Shown: piece by piece, positions 36,607 to 38,150 of the stretch | Layout of the letters: every line of letters starts with the position of its first letter | Position numbering within the stretch: position 1 is the stretch's first letter | Assembly: GCA_002785215.1 (NCBI GenBank) | Contig: PFMK01000083.1 | Span: 1-38,150, forward strand | Length of the DNA stretch: 38,150 nucleotides | Direction: 5' to 3' | From: Candidatus Gottesmanbacteria bacterium CG_4_10_14_0_8_um_filter_37_24 | Lineage (GTDB): Bacteria > Patescibacteriota > Microgenomatia > 2-02-FULL-39-11 | Program-made: the position numbers and the translations under genes | The notes under the pieces: generated by a model | Database searches by the model: none | What the model saw: the letters and a program-made list of their open reading frames with translations, nothing else | Told to the model about the DNA's origin: nothing

Positions 36607-38150
36607 ATGAATAGGAAGTCCTCAAAAAATCCCTTTCCTGAAGCAGAAATCATTAGCTCAAATGTAAGAACTCCTTCTAATTATTCTTTACCCCCATCTC
36701 CTCCAGTTTTAACAGCTAGAAGAAACTATAAAAAAACTATTTTTTTATTTACCCTTTGCTTTCTTATCTTAATTGTTAGTGGAGTATCTCTTTTTATATA
36801 TTTGGATTCACAAAATAATATTAAACCAGGTATACGTAATCCAAATGGTGATAAAGGAACTATTCTTTTCATATATTCATTAACATTTTTTGATCGGTCT
36901 GGGCAAGAACTTCTCGATAAAATATCTTCGCAAATAATAAAAGAAAATTGGCGTTTGGAGGTTTTACCTATTGATAAAAAGTTAACTAATACAACGCCAT
37001 ATGATGCTATTAACGCCTATATACCCTCTCTTTGGGGAAATGAAAATAAGGATTTTGAAAAACGAATACAAGAAATTAAAAATGCAACAGATATTCCGGT
37101 CGTTCTCTTTGTTAAAGGTAATAACTCAGAGAAAAATAAGGAAATATACTCTCATATATTATCCGAAAATAAATCGCAAATAATTGCTGTTGATAATCTT
37201 GGTAATAATGATTCTGATATTGATCTTATATCCAAAGATATTAATCTATTATTAAAGGCTACTGAAGAACATGATAAGCAGAATGATAAATTACGTATTG
37301 ACCAATTCCAAAGATTATCCAATAATATTTATGATTATTTTCTTAATCAGCAGAAACTTCCAGTAACATTATCTGACCCAGTATTAGATCCTGAAAGAAT
37401 AAAAGATCCAATCACAAAACAATCAATCGAATATCATAGCAGATCGAAGCAATTTTATCGTTTCTGTACTCGGTTTGATTGGAACTTTGCGAAATATCCT
37501 GATCCAATTAAATACGAGGACTATACCCATTTAAAGGGTCATGACTGCTATTACTTTAATGCTCAAAACAGGTTTAATCTTATACAGAAAGAAGAAATAC
37601 TGGACCAGATTCGTTTAAAGGATTTTATTGATTTAAGTAATATAGTCAAAGGTTATTTCCAAACAAAATCAGAACTTCCCGTAGATCTTCAATCTCTTTC
37701 CAACAACCTAAATGGTACAGAAATAAACGATCCTGAAACAAATGAGATATATAGGTATAAAAGAATATCCGAAACTGATTTTGAATTTTGCACTACGTTT
37801 TCCTCTGACTCACCGGCAACAGCGTCGTTAAAAGATATTGCAGATATATATAATAAAAACATACATAAACAGGGATATAACTGTAAACGCTTTATTATTT
37901 CAGATTATAAAGGTTTTCGAATCAACGAAATTCTAAAAAACACTTCTTTTGGTAATTGGGCGGATTATACTGACCATGTCGAAGTCGACGAATGGAAAAC
38001 CAGTGATGGTCGGATAAAAAGAATTGATAGAATCTCCACAGAACCAACAACCGGATACCCAAGCTATTATGCTGTCCAACTTACTCCTGGACCATATTCC
38101 TTTTTAACCTCAAGTAAAGTAAAAGTTATTGGAGGAAAATTTTACGATGT
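36607..38150 (+). CDS. Membrane-anchored protein with two tandem pilin-head-like repeats; runs off window (not in ORF track)
   Basis: Frame 1 open from ATG 36607 to the end (>510 codons): MNRKSSKNPFP..., TM TIFLFTLCFLILIVSGVSLFIYL, two repeats D..R...F..LSN....YF.....LPV.L...DP.T....Y....FCT.F...H..G..C..F. Confidence 0.85.
   Translation, partial: MNRKSSKNPFPEAEIISSNVRTPSNYSLPPSPPVLTARRNYKKTIFLFTLCFLILIVSGVSLFIYLDSQNNIKPGIRNPNGDKGTILFIYSLTFFDRSGQELLDKISSQIIKENWRLEVLPIDKKLTNTTPYDAINAYIPSLWGNENKDFEKRIQEIKNATDIPVVLFVKGNNSEKNKEIYSHILSENKSQIIAVDNLGNNDSDIDLISKDINLLLKATEEHDKQNDKLRIDQFQRLSNNIYDYFLNQQKLPVTLSDPVLDPERIKDPITKQSIEYHSRSKQFYRFCTRFDWNFAKYPDPIKYEDYTHLKGHDCYYFNAQNRFNLIQKEEILDQIRLKDFIDLSNIVKGYFQTKSELPVDLQSLSNNLNGTEINDPETNEIYRYKRISETDFEFCTTFSSDSPATASLKDIADIYNKNIHKQGYNCKRFIISDYKGFRINEILKNTSFGNWADYTDHVEVDEWKTSDGRIKRIDRISTEPTTGYPSYYAVQLTPGPYSFLTSSKVKVIGGKFYD

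Noticed and set aside
53-37183. The many 60-170 aa ORFs overlapping or antisense to long genes (e.g. 3363-3818, 26261-26650, 35200-35709, 37001-37183)
   Set aside because: Shadow frames of well-supported genes with no recognisable motifs

Overview
AT-rich bacterial chromosome segment. The gene content (form III-type RuBisCO plus R15P isomerase, pilin-like membrane protein, many short palindromes) suggests a CPR/Patescibacteria genome; this is inference. Left part: a MacAB-like exporter, a RuBisCO/ribose-1,5-bisphosphate isomerase pair, an ABC exporter, a P2-type ATPase and two methyltransferases. From 12636 to 36248 every gene is on the minus strand: pbpC-like gene and a 2141-aa alpha-2-macroglobulin, plus a copper/thiol-redox cluster with its own two-component system. 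The most striking observation is a 129-aa Hint (bacterial intein-like) domain with a non-nucleophilic +1 residue inserted in the bait region of a thioester-intact alpha-2-macroglobulin, suggesting a possibly self-triggering protease trap. Non-coding structure includes a six-copy regulator-box/-10 motif, a ~49-bp repeat bracketing gene modules, a two-copy pseudoknot-like element and palindromes at start codons. Three ORFs missing from the supplied track were also found.
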